Made by a program: the position numbers and the translations under genes. Of a stretch of DNA of 64,000 nucleotides, positions 24,316 to 38,300 are shown piece after piece; position 1 is the first letter of the stretch, and the number at the start of each line of letters is the position of its first letter. Source of the DNA: Yuukianura sp. NJ FZ-2021 (lineage: Eukaryota); the NCBI GenBank assembly GCA_046563655.1, contig CM102283.1, positions 4,650,001 to 4,714,000 on the forward strand. Reading direction: 5' to 3'. The notes beneath the pieces were generated by a model, which searched no databases, was not told the origin of the DNA, and was given only the letters and a program-made list of their open reading frames with translations.

Positions 24316-25732
24316 GGTTATGTCATAACTCCGATTTTCAAAAAAAAAAAACAAGAAAAAATAACTTTTGTACGAATTTTGTACGAATTGTGTTGTCTCA
24401 CCAAAAATGTTGGTTTTTTTCTCACGCTTGTCCTTACGCCTGCTACGGACTTACTGTGCTGCTGCTGTGCTGTTGTCGTGGCATCCGCGTGCTTTGCATT
24501 GTTAGCATCCTAGCTTCCCAATTTTTAGCGGAAGCACAACATGGTCTATGCTTACCGTGCTCATGCTCTGCACGAATTTATAGAAGTACGTTAGGATCGA
24601 ATCGGTAAGTTTTACGGGAGGGAAAAATCTTGTTCAAGCAAAATGGCTCCGTCAAAGTTACTATTCGCCGTACGTTTACTTTTGCTGCGCCGTATTCGAA
24701 ACAAAGTGAATAAAAAGGACAATTTCTTAATTTTTCAGAATTACTTCATAATCTTGCATTTTTGCAAGCAAATCCCTGGTTTCCCACTCAAAAGTCCTTT
24801 TTAAGTCACTTTTTAATAAAAACTGTCAGATTCGTGCTTTCCATACACGAATTAGTCTAAAAACTGATTTTCATCAAAATCAAGCAAAAAAAAAAATTTA
24901 AAAAAAAATTTCAAAATTTTTTAAAAATTTCAGTTTTTGAGAGCGGGACGAAAAAAATAGTTTTTCATGTTCATGAGGTATTTTAGAAAAAACTTTTTTT
25001 TAAATCCGAGTCACATGCTGAAAGTAAAATTTTTCCCAACTATCTCCACCAACAGTTTCATGGGCTCTTCATGACGAAAATAAGGTCGTCGTCCATTGGC
25101 ACCGCGATAGGTGAAAGGTCAAAGGTCAAAGGCCATCATGCTTTACGTCAATTCCACTTGGTCTCCCCTTTCGATTGAAATACTACACGCCTATGTTTCC
25201 TTTGATTTCCCATGAGGTCACTGCGCTTGGTGAAAGGTCAAAGGAAAGGTCAACATGTGACATAGCCTACACTCGTCGGGGTGACCTCACGAAGAGAAGG
25301 ACACCTCAGAACACGTCAAATCGGTCCAGTAGTTTCGGAGGAGTTACTCAGAAAATGAACTAAAAATAATTGTAAAAGCAAATTTGCTCTCGTCGTGCTT
25401 CCTCAAAAGTTGCTTCCGTCCCTACTTTCAAAAGAGCACGGTAAGAGCAGCAGCACGGTGCGCAAAACGGGAAGTTAGGATGCTTTCCCTTGCTCTGTCG
25501 TTGCCTTGCCAAAAAGAGGCAGCACAGCGGGTGCAAGGCACAAGTAAGTTAGGATCGGTGATTTTTAACAAAAAAAGCGCAGCAAAGCATCGTCAAGGCA
25601 GCAGCACAGTAAGTCCGTACCGAGCGTTAGCTGTCTGTAGTTGTGATTTCGAATTGCTAACGCAACGGAGGAAGGTAAGATGTGACTGTCAAAAAAAATT
25701 ACAATCAAGAAAAAAGGAGTTTTGACATAACC
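24316..25732. mobile_element. Old non-autonomous DNA transposon with long imperfect inverted repeats
   Basis: Perfect 22-bp inverted pair 24444-24465 / 25598-25619, a 16/17 pair 24316-24332 / 25716-25732, and further matches GCATCCTAGCTTCCC/GGGAAGTTAGGATGC and CTTACCGTGCTC/GAGCACGGTAAG. Exact ends and TSD are not resolved. Confidence 0.65.
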
Positions 25733-25773
25733 TTATAAGCAAAAATAAACAAAATTGCGAGTTAAACAAGCTT

Positions 25774-25936
25774 GGGCTCCGCTCATGAAAGAGGCTCCAC
25801 ATGTTAAAGGGACTCCACTTGTTATAGCGGCTCCATATGTTAAAGGGACTACACTTGTTATAGCGGCTCCATATGTTAAAGGGACTCCACTTGTTATAGC
25901 GGCTCCATAGGTTAAATGGGCTCCATGTACTAGGAG
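25774..25936. repeat. 36-bp (2x18) minisatellite GGCTCCATATGTTAAAGGGACTCCACTTGTTATAGC
   Basis: About 4 dimeric units are directly visible. Confidence 0.9.
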
Positions 25937-27102
25937 ATATATTATACACAAACTAAACACTCTACGACGAAATCATGAGAAAACGGATAAAACACGTTTT
26001 TTCCAAACTCCCGCCAAAAAGTGAAACGTAATAAAATGTTTTCCAGCTTTCCCACCAAAAAGTTTTAAACTCCTCCCCTCCCATCCAATCACAAACAACC
26101 AAGTCTCAAGACTAGGACGCCACGCCATACTCTTACAAGCATGAAAATTTAGGACACACAAGGGGACGAAACAATAGCGTCTAATCGATCAAAAAAATCA
26201 ATATTCTCAGGCAGATGGTGGACAATCTAGTCTAACTAAACATCTTAAATTCATAAGATGATGATGTACGAAAAAATGAGAAATTGATAATTAATTCAAC
26301 AGAAGATTCGCTTAGATTGGGAGATGCATAATTATTGCAACTCTGAACACGGACGGAATTGTTTTTGTCGCTGGGAGATGAGTGAAATGGATTCTAAACT
26401 ACAAAAAAATTGACGAACAAAATCTTGTTTGACTACTGACGACTCGCCTGATTCGATGATTTTCGCCAATTTGGACTTCCACCTTTCTGTTTCAAAAGAC
26501 CAAAAACGCATCCAAATAACACTTCCGCCAAAAAAAAAATCCTTCCTTCCGCTCTTCATCCTTTCTACCTCGTTGCACTTGCACATCTTCATTTTTAGCT
26601 TGGAGCAATAAATAAATTAGTAAGTGTGCGAACTCTTCGGCTCCAATTTAAGTGAAAATCATAAAATCATTTCACGGTAGAACGTCTGACTTTGAAAAAT
26701 GAATTTTTAAAAATGTTAAAAAAAAACAATTAGAATAAAGCTATCCGTAAAAATTGTTGAAGTTATCCACAACCACAACCATTTAGGAAAATGAACTGAC
26801 GACATAAATTTTTCGTTTTGCCTGTAAAACGAAGTATGAAAAAAATTGTATTTTTCTGGAGTAAGGGTTATTATTGCATGTAATTTCCGATTAATCGAAA
26901 TAAACGGATTTCTAAGGCGTGATAATTTGAAGTGACTTTATAACATCAATAAGTAATTGGCAAAGAAAATGTTATTTGTTGTAGCACTATAAGGAATATT
27001 AGCATTGTCGTTTGTTTTGACACAAAAGCAAGATGCTACAAACTCATAACCATCGACTCTAACTATTATTGCTGTAGTGTCACTCGATGGACGCCATGAG
27101 GC

Positions 27103-27109
27103 TATATAA
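27103..27109 (+). promoter_or_regulatory. Putative TATA box of the chitin-binding gene
   Basis: TATATAA about 30 bp upstream of an Inr-like CAGTT (27133) and 65 bp upstream of ATG 27168. Confidence 0.55.
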
Positions 27110-27167
27110 GGCCGCCAACATTCAGATTTTCACAGTTGATCAGTGGAACTCACGACGCCGTGTCAGG

Positions 27168-30100
27168 ATGTGGTCAGTTAAGATTGCCATAGTTTTGTCA
27201 ACAGTGGCTGCCGTTGTTTCCACCGAAGGCGACGACATTGTTCCCTACGGCGCAAGGTTCAAATCATCCAAAGTCAGCAGGAGACAAACGTCTCAAGACG
27301 TATCTTTCATCCATCCAGACAGATACCCCAGAGGACTCGTTTACCAGTAAGTCCGGCAAGTTTTTGTATTTTTTGGAAAAAAAAATATTTTCTGCTTTTA
27401 ATTTTGAAAATTGGTGAAAGTATTCTAATGAAATGGTTTGGATTCGGTAGGCAGCCGTTTTTCATTGTAGATCAAGGCTACACTTACCCAGCCCCAACAA
27501 CCAAAGCTCCGCGTGGCTACGTTTATAAGACACCGAAGACAACAACAACAACGACGACTCCTGAGCCAGCGATTGAGCAAGAGGAGGACAACGCTGCAGC
27601 GTATCTCACTCCCGAACCGCCCCCACCGAGTTTCCCCGAGAAAGAGTTTGAAGCCTCCCCCGTAAGTACTTACAAATTCTGCTTCAAAATATTTCCAACT
27701 TACCGGGTATTGTTTTTTAACAAATGACGATGGAAAAAAATTACAGTTAAAATGCGCGGAGCATTGCGAATACGTATAATTCCAAACAAATCCCTTCCAG
27801 AAAACCAAAAGCGTTTGATTGACCTGGAGGAGTTAGCAGGACATTTTTGGCGTTCAATGATGAAGACGCTGTTACGCCACATTGTACTATATGAACAGTC
27901 ATTAATTTGTCAAAATTTTGACAGGCATGATTGGGTGCCAATTGAAATCACTACTATTGTGCTTGTTTCCGTGTAAACTTGACCAATTTCAGAATTGGAG
28001 CAGACATATTACTTTACGATTTGAATAGAAAAACAAGTTATGATCGCATGCGCTGTTAAGTCAGTTCAAAATTGATTGATGAATGTAAACGTTTAATTAA
28101 AATTGGTCCAATTACAACACGTAATGTTGTGAAAGGATTTGTGTTGCTAAATATTATTGTTTCAAAATGTCGCACACTCTTAATTAATACCCCTTAAACG
28201 CAGCACGCAATGTTCTGACATAAAAAGTGGGTCAACTCAGATGACCTTTCACCTTTTAAAGTAATGTTTAAAAAATTGTTACTGTAGGTCGAGCCTGACG
28301 AGGGAGAAGATAAGTGGGACATCCGCAACAGTGTTCCTGGAAGTCCCGGTGACAACTATCCCGTTTTGGGACACATTCCGAAAACGGCTTTCAGTTGCGA
28401 AGGTAGAATTCCAGGATTTTACGGAGACCCAGAAACACGTAAGACATTTACAAAAACATAAAATCGAAATCAACGCGCAAGCGCTCACGCATTCTGTTTT
28501 GTATTTAGCTATTTCTGTTATAACCCTCGTTTTGAAATAGTCTGAAATTGATGTTTAGGGTAGCATAACATAATTGGCGTCATTTATAAATTAGTTTCAT
28601 CTGAGTTGAGTTTCCGGAAGTGAGGATGCGCTGTATGGGTGCGGAAAGGCCATTAATAAGCGGATTGATGTTGTAATGAACTGGTTTTTGCGGAATTTTG
28701 CTCATGCGCTTTAACTTTCTCTTCGTGCCTTGATTGCCGCTTATGTAACAAAACCCATCCGCCCACTGTTACTTTGATCTGTATGCAAAAACACGATACA
28801 AGAACTTTTGACAACCACTGAATTTTATGGGTTTTGAGGTGAAAACGTGTACGCACGTACAAGTTTTATTAAAACTCATTCATTAAATTTCAATTTCTTT
28901 GGGTTTGCAGAATGTCAAGTGTATCACCGATGTAGCGATTGCTCTGACAACGTTCGCCTCCAAATGGATTCGTTCCTCTGTCCCAATGGAACCCAGTTTA
29001 ACCAAGAGGTGAATTTATGATGCATGAATCTAATTGAACTATTAACTTTAAATTAACTCTTTCCATATTAAGAGAATATTCAAGAAATCTGTTAAAGAAA
29101 GGATTATTTGAATTTCAATTTTCGTTTTTCGTTTTAGGTTTTGGCTTGTGACTGGTGGACAAACGTACACTGCGAAAACACACGCAACTTCTACAAACTG
29201 AACGAAGAACTCAATCAGTTGGGGCCTGTAGGAATACTTTTTTTCATTAACACGAAAGATTAAATCTACGTTAATTGGATAATTAACAACTATATAAAAA
29301 CTTTTAGGACGGGAAGTATTTAGAACTTTCTGGAATGCGACAAGCGCCGCCGTTGTTACAGAAGAAAGTGGCTCCTAGAATCATTCCGAAGAGCGAGCGA
29401 CGTCCGCTGCCGAGCATTTACCGTTCTCAACACAAAGGTCACGATGAAGACCACGATGTTCGCAACGACGTTCCAACGCCACGCCCCTCTCAGTCGAAAC
29501 CCAGAGATCCACCAATCGTATTCAACGAATTCAGGAAACCTGTTGCCCCGCCCACACAGCTTCCAGCGACGAAAAATCCAATTGAGTCTGCGCTCGACAA
29601 CCCAGATTACTTTGACCCCGACCGCACCAGTCAACAACCTATGAAGCAAGATACGACTGATGATGACGACTACTTAGACGGCAACGCTCAAGTCGAAGTT
29701 AGGTCCAGTATTGAATATGCGCAGAAGTTGGACAACGATCCACTCAATCCATCAGCAACTTCAAACGCCATGGATGCCATGCGCAGGAGATCCAAAACTA
29801 CTACCACTTACCCCTTGGTCAAGGCTAATCCTGTTGGCACAACAAGTACGACCAGTACGCGAAATACTTTCAAAACGACGCAACCCGCAACTACTTTCAC
29901 TACGCAGCCTCCGACGACATTCCAAACAACGCTGTTCATAGAAACTACGCTTCCGGTATCCACGACTCCAAAACCAGAGCCAAAACAGAAGGAAAACGAG
30001 GTTCAACCGCTGATTGGCTTTCAAGGTCAACTGCGCGCGGATGACGATGAGGACGACGCTTCGGGATTCATCGTCAACCAATCAGGAGACACTCGGAGGA

Positions 30101-30712
30101 ACAACAAAAACAAGGTAACTTAAAATTTTTCAAGCATAATTAAAAAAAAACGCGAAACATGAAAAATTGTTTGTTTTGCAGAATTACGACGATTCGGAAA
30201 CCGGTTTGAAACCGCCGGCTCGTGTGACGAACTTTGACGAATACTTGCCACCAACGACTTACGCTCCTCCCTCCACACCCAAACCGAAGCTAAACTATAT
30301 GCCTCCACGAGTGCAGTACGGCCCACCCAAGGATTCCAACGTACCTGTAGTGGGACCAAAACAAGTAATCCCTGCCCCACCACCATCACTACCAGCATAC
30401 CCTGGTAATCCATTCGTCCAAGCTCCACTTCCACAACAAGCGATTCTTCCATCCACGTTCAACTACGTTCCCCTAAACAATGGGTACTTCGGGAATCAAT
30501 TTCCAGGGACACTCAAAATCGTTACGTCGCACGTCCCAGTCCTCAACTTTGCTCAATTCAACCCAACTATTGCTGCACAACCAGCACAATTCAACCCAGT
30601 TATTGCTGCACAACCAGCAGTTTCCACATTCTTCAATGGATTCAACGGATTTGACCTTAACGCACTTGGATCAACAAACTTCGCCACGCAACCACGATAC
30701 ACTCAAGGATGA
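27168..30712 (+). CDS. Secreted chitin-binding type-2 (CBM14/peritrophin-A, CPAP1-like) protein with Pro/Thr-rich tail; multi-exon
   Basis: Signal peptide MWSVKIAIVLSTVAAVVS. Spliced exons (~28289-28438, 28911-29008, 29138-29227) give PGDNYPV...FSCEGRIPGFYGDPETQCQVYHRC...DSFLCPNGTQFNQEVLACDWWTNVHC. Later exons are low complexity and include DEYLPP. Confidence 0.9.
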
Positions 30713-30904
30713 ATTCCACCCCTGAATTCGAGCTTTTTGTTACTCTAAAAGTTCATTTCTGTATTTAAGACTGATTCTGGTCAGAGACAATAAAATTAAC
30801 TCCAACTTCACCTCCATATGAAACATTTAATAACTGATTTTATGACTAAAAAAAACTGCTACTCACCTGAATTGCATCTAAGTTTCCAAAAGTGTAAAAA
30901 AGTT

Positions 30905-33900
30905 TCAAGTATTTTCATTTTCTCTGAGTGGTTGAAATGGACCTGACGCCAAAAGCACATTTCGTCGAGTAAAATGAACTCCGTAAACAGGGATGTTTTT
31001 CGTTGGAAATTCGCCAATGAGAACATGGGCTCCAGTCACCTTCTTGGAATCTGTAGGAACCGAGGCTCCGTCTTCCGCTAGAATGTCCTCTGTCAACTTC
31101 GTAAAATTCCAGAGACGAACACAACAGTCCTGTCCAGCAGTGGCCAAAATAGAGCCTTCACGACTGAACGACATGGTGTACACTGGGGCAGTGTGGAAAG
31201 TCAATGGAATCAGCAAACTACCGGTTGCGATGTCCCACACTAGAACTTTGGAGTCCATTCCGCAGGAGACGAGGAACCTTCCGTCATTTGAGAACAGCAA
31301 AGCATCAACCATTCCCTGAAATTAAAAGAAGTTTGAATGAGGTCGCACTTTAGACAGTGTTGTTTTTTCGTTTCAGTGAAAGAAACTGAAATAAATGAAA
31401 AATATTGAAAAATTGAAAACAAAAACCTGTAGGAAAGTGAAATTAACTGAAAATTTCATCTATGTGTTTTGTTTTTCATTCAGGCAACTGAAACAAATTC
31501 AAAAAAAGTGAAAGAAGTTGAAATATTTTGTTGAAATATTTCAGTTTATGAGTGAAATAAATTAAAGAAGCTGAAAAGGTATATTTCGTTTCATGTATTT
31601 TTCAGTTTTTTTTTTTTCAATTTTTTTCAGTTTTCACTGAAAAGTGAAATATTTCAGTTACAGCATTCCACTGACTTAAGACTCTATTGACGACAAGCTT
31701 GTTTAGAATTTTTACCTTGTGGCCGGTCATGAGTCTGACGCAGGAGCCAGAGACGCAATCAAAGAGACGGACGCTTCGATCTGATGAGCCAGTGGCGACG
31801 TAGTTGGAGTTGGGATGGAACATCACAGCGGTGACATCAGCGTAATGTCCCGCAAATAAGCGCAGGGGTTGGTGGTTGTCAGTTGCCCAAAGCCTTGTTC
31901 AAAAATGTTAGTTAACCTTAAGTTCATGTTTCGAAATAAAAGTTTACAAAATTTTTACCTGGCTGTTCTGTCTTGTCCTGCTGATGCAAAGTAGTAGCCA
32001 CCATGCGGAGAAAACACTGCTTTCCAAACAGGGTACATGTGACCTTTGTACACAACCAGACAGGACCAAGTGATCAGACTCCACAGTCGGATCGTCGTAT
32101 CCTCCGAAGAACTCAACATGGTTGACCTTACGAAAAAAAATGTCACAATTAAAATAAAGCAAAGGCTACGTTTAAGAAAATGAACAAACTTGTCAGGAGA
32201 GAAATCGATAGAGTAAACTGGTCCACTGTGTCCACGCATTGTGCGCATGGATTCTCCTGTCCGATCGTCCATCATCCGAACCAAAACGTCATCTGCTTCT
32301 CGATCAATCTCCGTCAAGTCCGTTGCAGCTTTGATTTTTTTAAGTTTCATTGGAGTAAGTGACCACACCTTGATCAATGCAGTAGCAAATCCTACTGCCA
32401 TCAATGATCCGTCGTCACTCCACTTTATACATGTAACACTGCTAGAAACAGAATGTCATTGAAGAGATGGAAAGTATCAAAGTTTAAACCAAAACACTAG
32501 AAACCTGAAATGTCTTACAGGTTATCGACGTTGAGGAGGGTGTACATACAAATGGAAGGAAGTTTATCTGCTCCAAGCGTTGCTCTCTTGGAAGCCTCAC
32601 GAAGAGCCTTGGCCTTCTCTAGTTTGTCTACGTCCCGAACTTCCGGAAGCGGCATTCGCGTAATTGGCGGAGCATTGGGATCATTCTTCCCTTTCTTGGA
32701 CAATCCCAGCCAATCTTTCTTGCCTTTCTTCTTCTTGTTCGGAGTCGATTTCTGATCTGCCGTTGTCGCGGAAGGAGTGTTTGCTTGGGATGATCCAACT
32801 GGTCCATTTCCTCCATCAGATTTGTTAGCCGATCCGGGCGTGGATGTACCGTCTCGACCTGGCGTGTCCACTGAAGAACCACCTTCGTCCAGATCAGGAT
32901 CTACTTGGACGTTTTGGAGATCAGGCTCCCTCAGAAGCCCGTGAAATACTTTTACTTTATTGTCTTGGCGAGTAGCCTGTTGAACAAATCATAAGACGCA
33001 ATTTTATACATAACTCTTAAAAAACAAAAACAAATCATTATGTTATCAATCAATTTCTCTAAATACCTCTCCCATGAAATGCCCCGAAACAGCATTTATT
33101 GCAGTTTTTCCTCGTGGAACGCCGTCGTATACCTCTACAAACAGCCTGTCCTGAACAACGTTTTGAACCAGTTTGAGTCGCTTTTCCTGTAAGAATCTTT
33201 TTAGTAGACTTTGAGCTTCTCGAGACATGCGCACAACGTATAGGTTACTCGCCGAACCTGACGAGAATGAAAACTCAATTAATCCTTGAAGGTAACCCTT
33301 GAATATGCGCTTAAATCCTCACTTTTCGTAGAACTTAGGAGACAGTTACTGAGAGGTCGGAAGATGTTCTCTGCACTGAGATGTTCTCTTGTAGTGATAC
33401 TTCCAAGGGCCAAAATGTCCGATTCATGAAAAGAATCCTGCAGGACAGAGAATCTCGCGAAGAATGTTCTCGCTTGCATGATATGCTCATTGTAAACCAA
33501 TTCCAAGTACATGTGCACAAATACAGGCCATAGCACTTGACCCACTTCGTACTACAGAGAAACAGAAATATCAAGGAAAGGATAATTAACTGCTAATTGA
33601 CAACTCGTAGTTTAATTTAACACCCACCTTATAGATGTCCAAAGAAGTCTCAATGAAGTTTTTCAGTTGGATGTATGCGTCTGTGTACTCGTCTGGATTT
33701 TCGTCACTGACATACGACGAAAGGACACTTTGTACCTCTGCATCCGGAATGTTTCCCCGCATCTCCTCTTCCGAAATATGAGCCTCCCTTTTCAGCAACT
33801 CAGCCGTTCCCTGTTCAAATCAACTACATGAGGACATTGAAAATGCAATTTAAAACTATATAAAACCAACCTCCAGTTTGTATTTTTTGAGAAAGTTATG

Positions 33901-34266
33901 TACAACGAGCAGCACGTTCTTGTCGACTGGAGCGGCAGGCGCCTGATGATGATGCGTTCCCCCGTTCACGTAGAAATTCGTGTTTGGATCATGGTATGGA
34001 GGAACTACATGAGGATGCTGCTGGTGATGTTGGTTGTACTCCATCTCCATAGCGTGTTCATGTGAATTGAATAACTGATGATGGTGTTGATGTTGAGAGA
34101 TCAATTCAGGATGTAGATGATCTTGAACCATGCCTTGCTGTTGGTGGGGAGGATGATGATGGATTGGGGCGGCCATGTCTACTCCCATTTGTTGGTTGAC
34201 GTTGACCCCAGCAGGATCGTGGTCATAATTGTACTCCAGATGATTCTGCTGGTATCCACCTTCCAT
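30905..34266 (-). CDS. TAF5: TFIID subunit 5 (LisH-like, NTD2 and WD40 domains); multi-exon
   Basis: NTD2 LWPVFVHMYLELV, LPSICMYT, KAATDLTEIDREADDVLVRMMDD, GHSGPVY, FHPNSNYVATGSSDRSVRL and the C-terminal HFTRRNVLLASG. Confidence 0.96.
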
Positions 34267-34330
34267 CGTCGAAAAACTGTAAAAAGTCAGGTCCTTTGTA
34301 ACTTAAATAAAATTTAATATAAACTTAAAC

Positions 34331-34652
34331 CATCGAGTTACCAAGACGATTCGATTTTTTTTCTTTTAACTAGAGTGGACATAAGGCATTTTTTCAACAA
34401 AATTTTTGAAACATTTCTAGAGCGGATAAAAACCGCTTTCATCTCAACTTTAAGCCAGTTTCACACAAACTATGAACTGCAGGTGTCACAAAAAAGACAC
34501 CTGCAGTTCATAGTTTGTGTGAAACTGGCTTAAAGTTGAGATGAAAGCGGTTTTTATCCGCTCTAGAAATGTTTCAAAAATTTTGTTGAAAAAATGCCTT
34601 ATGTCCACTCTAGTTAAAAGAAAAAAAATCGAATTGTCTTGGTAACTCGATG
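34331..34652. mobile_element. Foldback MITE (322 bp; 157-bp arms, 8-nt loop) with 8-bp TSD ACTTAAAC (hAT- or P-like)
   Basis: Arms 34331-34487 and 34496-34652 are reverse complements with one mismatch seen. ACTTAAAC flanks both sides (34323-34330 and 34653-34660). Termini are CA...TG. Confidence 0.93.
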
Positions 34653-35360
34653 ACTTAAACCACTTGAAGTATTAGGTAGCTCAAATGTAAGGCAATATGG
34701 CAATTGATTAATCGATTACCAAATCTCTCTTTGTAATCAATTAAATTAGTTTCTCCGCTTTCTTGACCTTTTACACCAGTTTCACTTGTTTTGAGTTTTT
34801 TTTACCAAATGTTTTTGTAGTTGTATTAAAATATCCTTAGCACATTTTTTGTACCCTGCCCGCCCGATCTCAACACACATATCTGGGAACTAACAACATC
34901 AATCACATTGGAATTGAATTAGGTTTAAAAACTAATTCAATTTAAAATGGTTGAGTGCGAATAAAATATTTAATGGTTGGAGTAAATTAAAGTGTGAACG
35001 TACTGTTTATTGGTTCAAAATGACTGGACTCACCTAAACACTATGGCTGACGATTTGATAGAGCAGTTAACAAAGACAACTGAAAGTGTATGGCCTTCTT
35101 TGAGCAAGTCTCCATTTTCTCAGCTTCTGAATAATGGCGTTACGTATTACGTTAAGTTAATGCATGTTTCTTAAGTTCGGATTTGCTACACTCGTCAAGT
35201 GTTAAGTAGCGAAAAGGAAACTGAACTAATTAATAATTAAGTAATGAAATATTCAACAGTATGATCTATCTTAGCTGGAATTGACTAGAAACTGGGGTAG
35301 GGAACTTTGTGTTGATGCAGGAGATTCTTGGTCGACGTGCATTGTTGATGCGACTCAGGA

Positions 35361-38300
35361 TCAGTAGAAATCGTTGGCTTCCAGTGTTTTGCATTGTCTG
35401 TTTAGAGTCGCGTACTTGCCATTGAAGGATCCAGACTGGGGACCGCTTGACTGGGAGTGACCCAAGGGACCTGCCGAGTGTGCCCTGTTCAAACAAAAGA
35501 CTCACGTTTAGAACACAAGAAATTCAAAGCCAAGAGTGAAAGTGAGAATTGGACAGGACAGTTTACTACGCTAAAGCTACCACCACCACAGTTCATATCA
35601 AAAGGTCAGGATCCAGGTTTGTGAGGCTAGGAAGGAACACATTCAAAAAGCCCTTAGGATAGGTCGCAGATCTATCTAGGATGTTCCAGGTCATTGGTGC
35701 GAATACAAAAGGAAACGCGCGAAGGTAATTATTAAGAGCGAATAATTTGTATACCAATCGCATTCCTTTCGCGCTGATTGGCCCCCATGCTTATTCAATT
35801 GCCGCTTAGTGAAGGCGCACCTTTCGTTTTCTCGCTAATGACCTGGTACACTCTGGAATAGTAAATCTAGGACGATGCCTGCTGATGTAACCGGCTTTAC
35901 ACTGGAAAGTTTCCTAATAAAAAAAACAATATTGAGAACGGGACAACTGAAACAATTGGTATAGCGAAGGAAGATAGCCAGCGACAGAGTGAGCATAAAG
36001 TGTAGTGCTTAGATAATTAAATTGTCGTTGATGCTTTACAATGTGTTGAACTTGGTTGGGTACAATTGGTTTCCAATATTTCCAAAACCTAAACTCTGCT
36101 CTGTGTGACCGTGTTCCGTTCGGCTGTGGTTGTGGGTGGAGGGAGTGAGTGGAAGTGGGATTTTATGAGAGTAGTAACTAGACCCAGTGCCTCGTCGATG
36201 TTGTTGCGACGACTGTTGCGACCCTCCCAGAAACGATATTGCCTCGTCACCGACTCCTCCAACGCTCTTCCTGCACAATCAAAATAAGAAACTCATGTCA
36301 CGTTTCCTTGGATAAAAATATTGTTCATGTTTTGAATATAGGCAGTACTTCTTGTGAATATAGATCCAAGCATGAGAGTCGAATCCGACGAGAATTGTGA
36401 ACACTATTGCCGTCCCGAGTGCCGACAGAAGAAGGAATGTGATTCCCATGAGACCCACCCCGCAGAGGGCGTCCGACGCGATGAGGATCTCATTGTATGG
36501 CAGTGTGCATGTGCTGCTGAGCATGATTTTGTTGGTTATGTTGTCCAGTGTAGAGTAAGAATCAAAGAGAGCATAGAACAGAGGTGTCAACTGCAACAAA
36601 AAAAAAAACAGAACAATGGGGTGAAAATGCATCAAACGCCGATTACATTAAAATACAACAAACAATATTGACCAAAATGTACTTACCACCGTGGCGTCGT
36701 ATTTCTCCAGTCCATCTTTTTTGAGCTGGCGAGTTATACTGCGCGTGAACTCAATGAGCTGGTCGATTCGTGTAATTTGTTCGGAAAGGGGGTTCGTCGT
36801 GGCGTCGGCGCAGTTGATGTAGTAATTTATGAGCTCCTTTGGAAACAGAGCTGCGCTGCCGGATGGAATTCCGCCATTGGAAACAACGTCTCTATTTCGG
36901 ACCAGCTCGGTCGTCAGAGATCGAATTGGAGAGATGCAGAAATCCCCAGTGGCCTGAACATGACAAATATGTCACCACAAACAGCATGCAACAAGTAAGT
37001 ATTGACTCAAGATCAAAAATAGACTCACGACAGCCGAGACTAAATAGATGCTAACCATCGTCCAATTGGTAATTACCGCAAATAAACCGAGCACTGAGAA
37101 TCTAAAATATAAAATCAAGGTTATGGTTAATTTACAAAGTCCAAAGGAATAAAAAATAAAAATCTTGGTTAGCTATGACACTTACGTGATGAAGGAGCAT
37201 CTAGAGTACTTGCAAATAGCGTAGAAAAGAATAATGTTAAAAATAATGAAGAGGATCAGTAGGACGAGAGTGGAGTTCCATCGAACCATCTCCACCAGTT
37301 TGATGTAGTTGTTGGTGTCGATTCGTGCATTGAAGAGTGAACTGAGTTCATTGACTTGACCTTCGATCAGGGAAATGTTAGATCGCAAGTAGTGTAAATT
37401 CACTTGCATTTCAGTATACACCGTTTTGTTCAGCTATGAAATGAAAACATAAACAACGATCCAGAATCGCATGAATTTTACGAGTGAGTCAACAATTTAC
37501 AGCATTCTGTTTTCGTACTTACAATTTCTTTTTCAAATTCCATTGCCAGTGCTCTAACATTTGTGACAATTTCTCCGCGAAGCATTAGCTCCGCCACTCG
37601 TGTTTCTGCTTGGATGTTTTGAAGGAATTTGTTGATGTTTGTGATAGATTTTCCAATTGTAGTAATTGAATTGTGGAGATCATCATTTCCATACAGTCCA
37701 AGGGCAATTGTGCAACTGAAATTAAATTGAAAGAATAATGTTACTCTTCATTTCATTTTATATTGCGCAAGCGTATAAATTACTTAGCGGATCTGTAAAT
37801 AGTCACTTAAAGAGTGGCCATATCTTTTCCCTTAAAATGATAGCCAGGTTTTGTTTATCTTCTGGACCAAATGAATCACCAAGTTCCACCACACATTCGT
37901 CCGATTCGAGTCCACGCCCTATTTGTTCTTGGATTACTCATGAGCTGACCCGAAACACATCTTCCCATGATTTCGGTCAAGGTCGTGAGAGAAAACTTGC
38001 GGTTAACCGCTTACAATTATTTCGACCACCAATCCACCCCAAGCCTATAAGTATTCTATTTACCTTGACCCCAAGCAATAAAATATTTTTCATATTTTCC
38101 GTGTTTGATAAAAATGAAATGAAATTAAATCATAACCGCATTCAGCCATTGTGGCTTCAGGGTGATGGTTGAATAGAACCATTAATAAACACTAAAAAGC
38201 GGGCGAACTAAATTTCAACAACGTCAGTGACATGCTATAGTTTATGATTTGTGACCTTTACCAGCAAATGAGGCCGAAAATACCAAGAATAAACTTGACA

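Noticed and set aside
35266-35505. ORF-track peptide as the last tweety exon
   Set aside because: The conserved tweety C-terminus (KYATL...DFY) is in another frame, ending at 35361.
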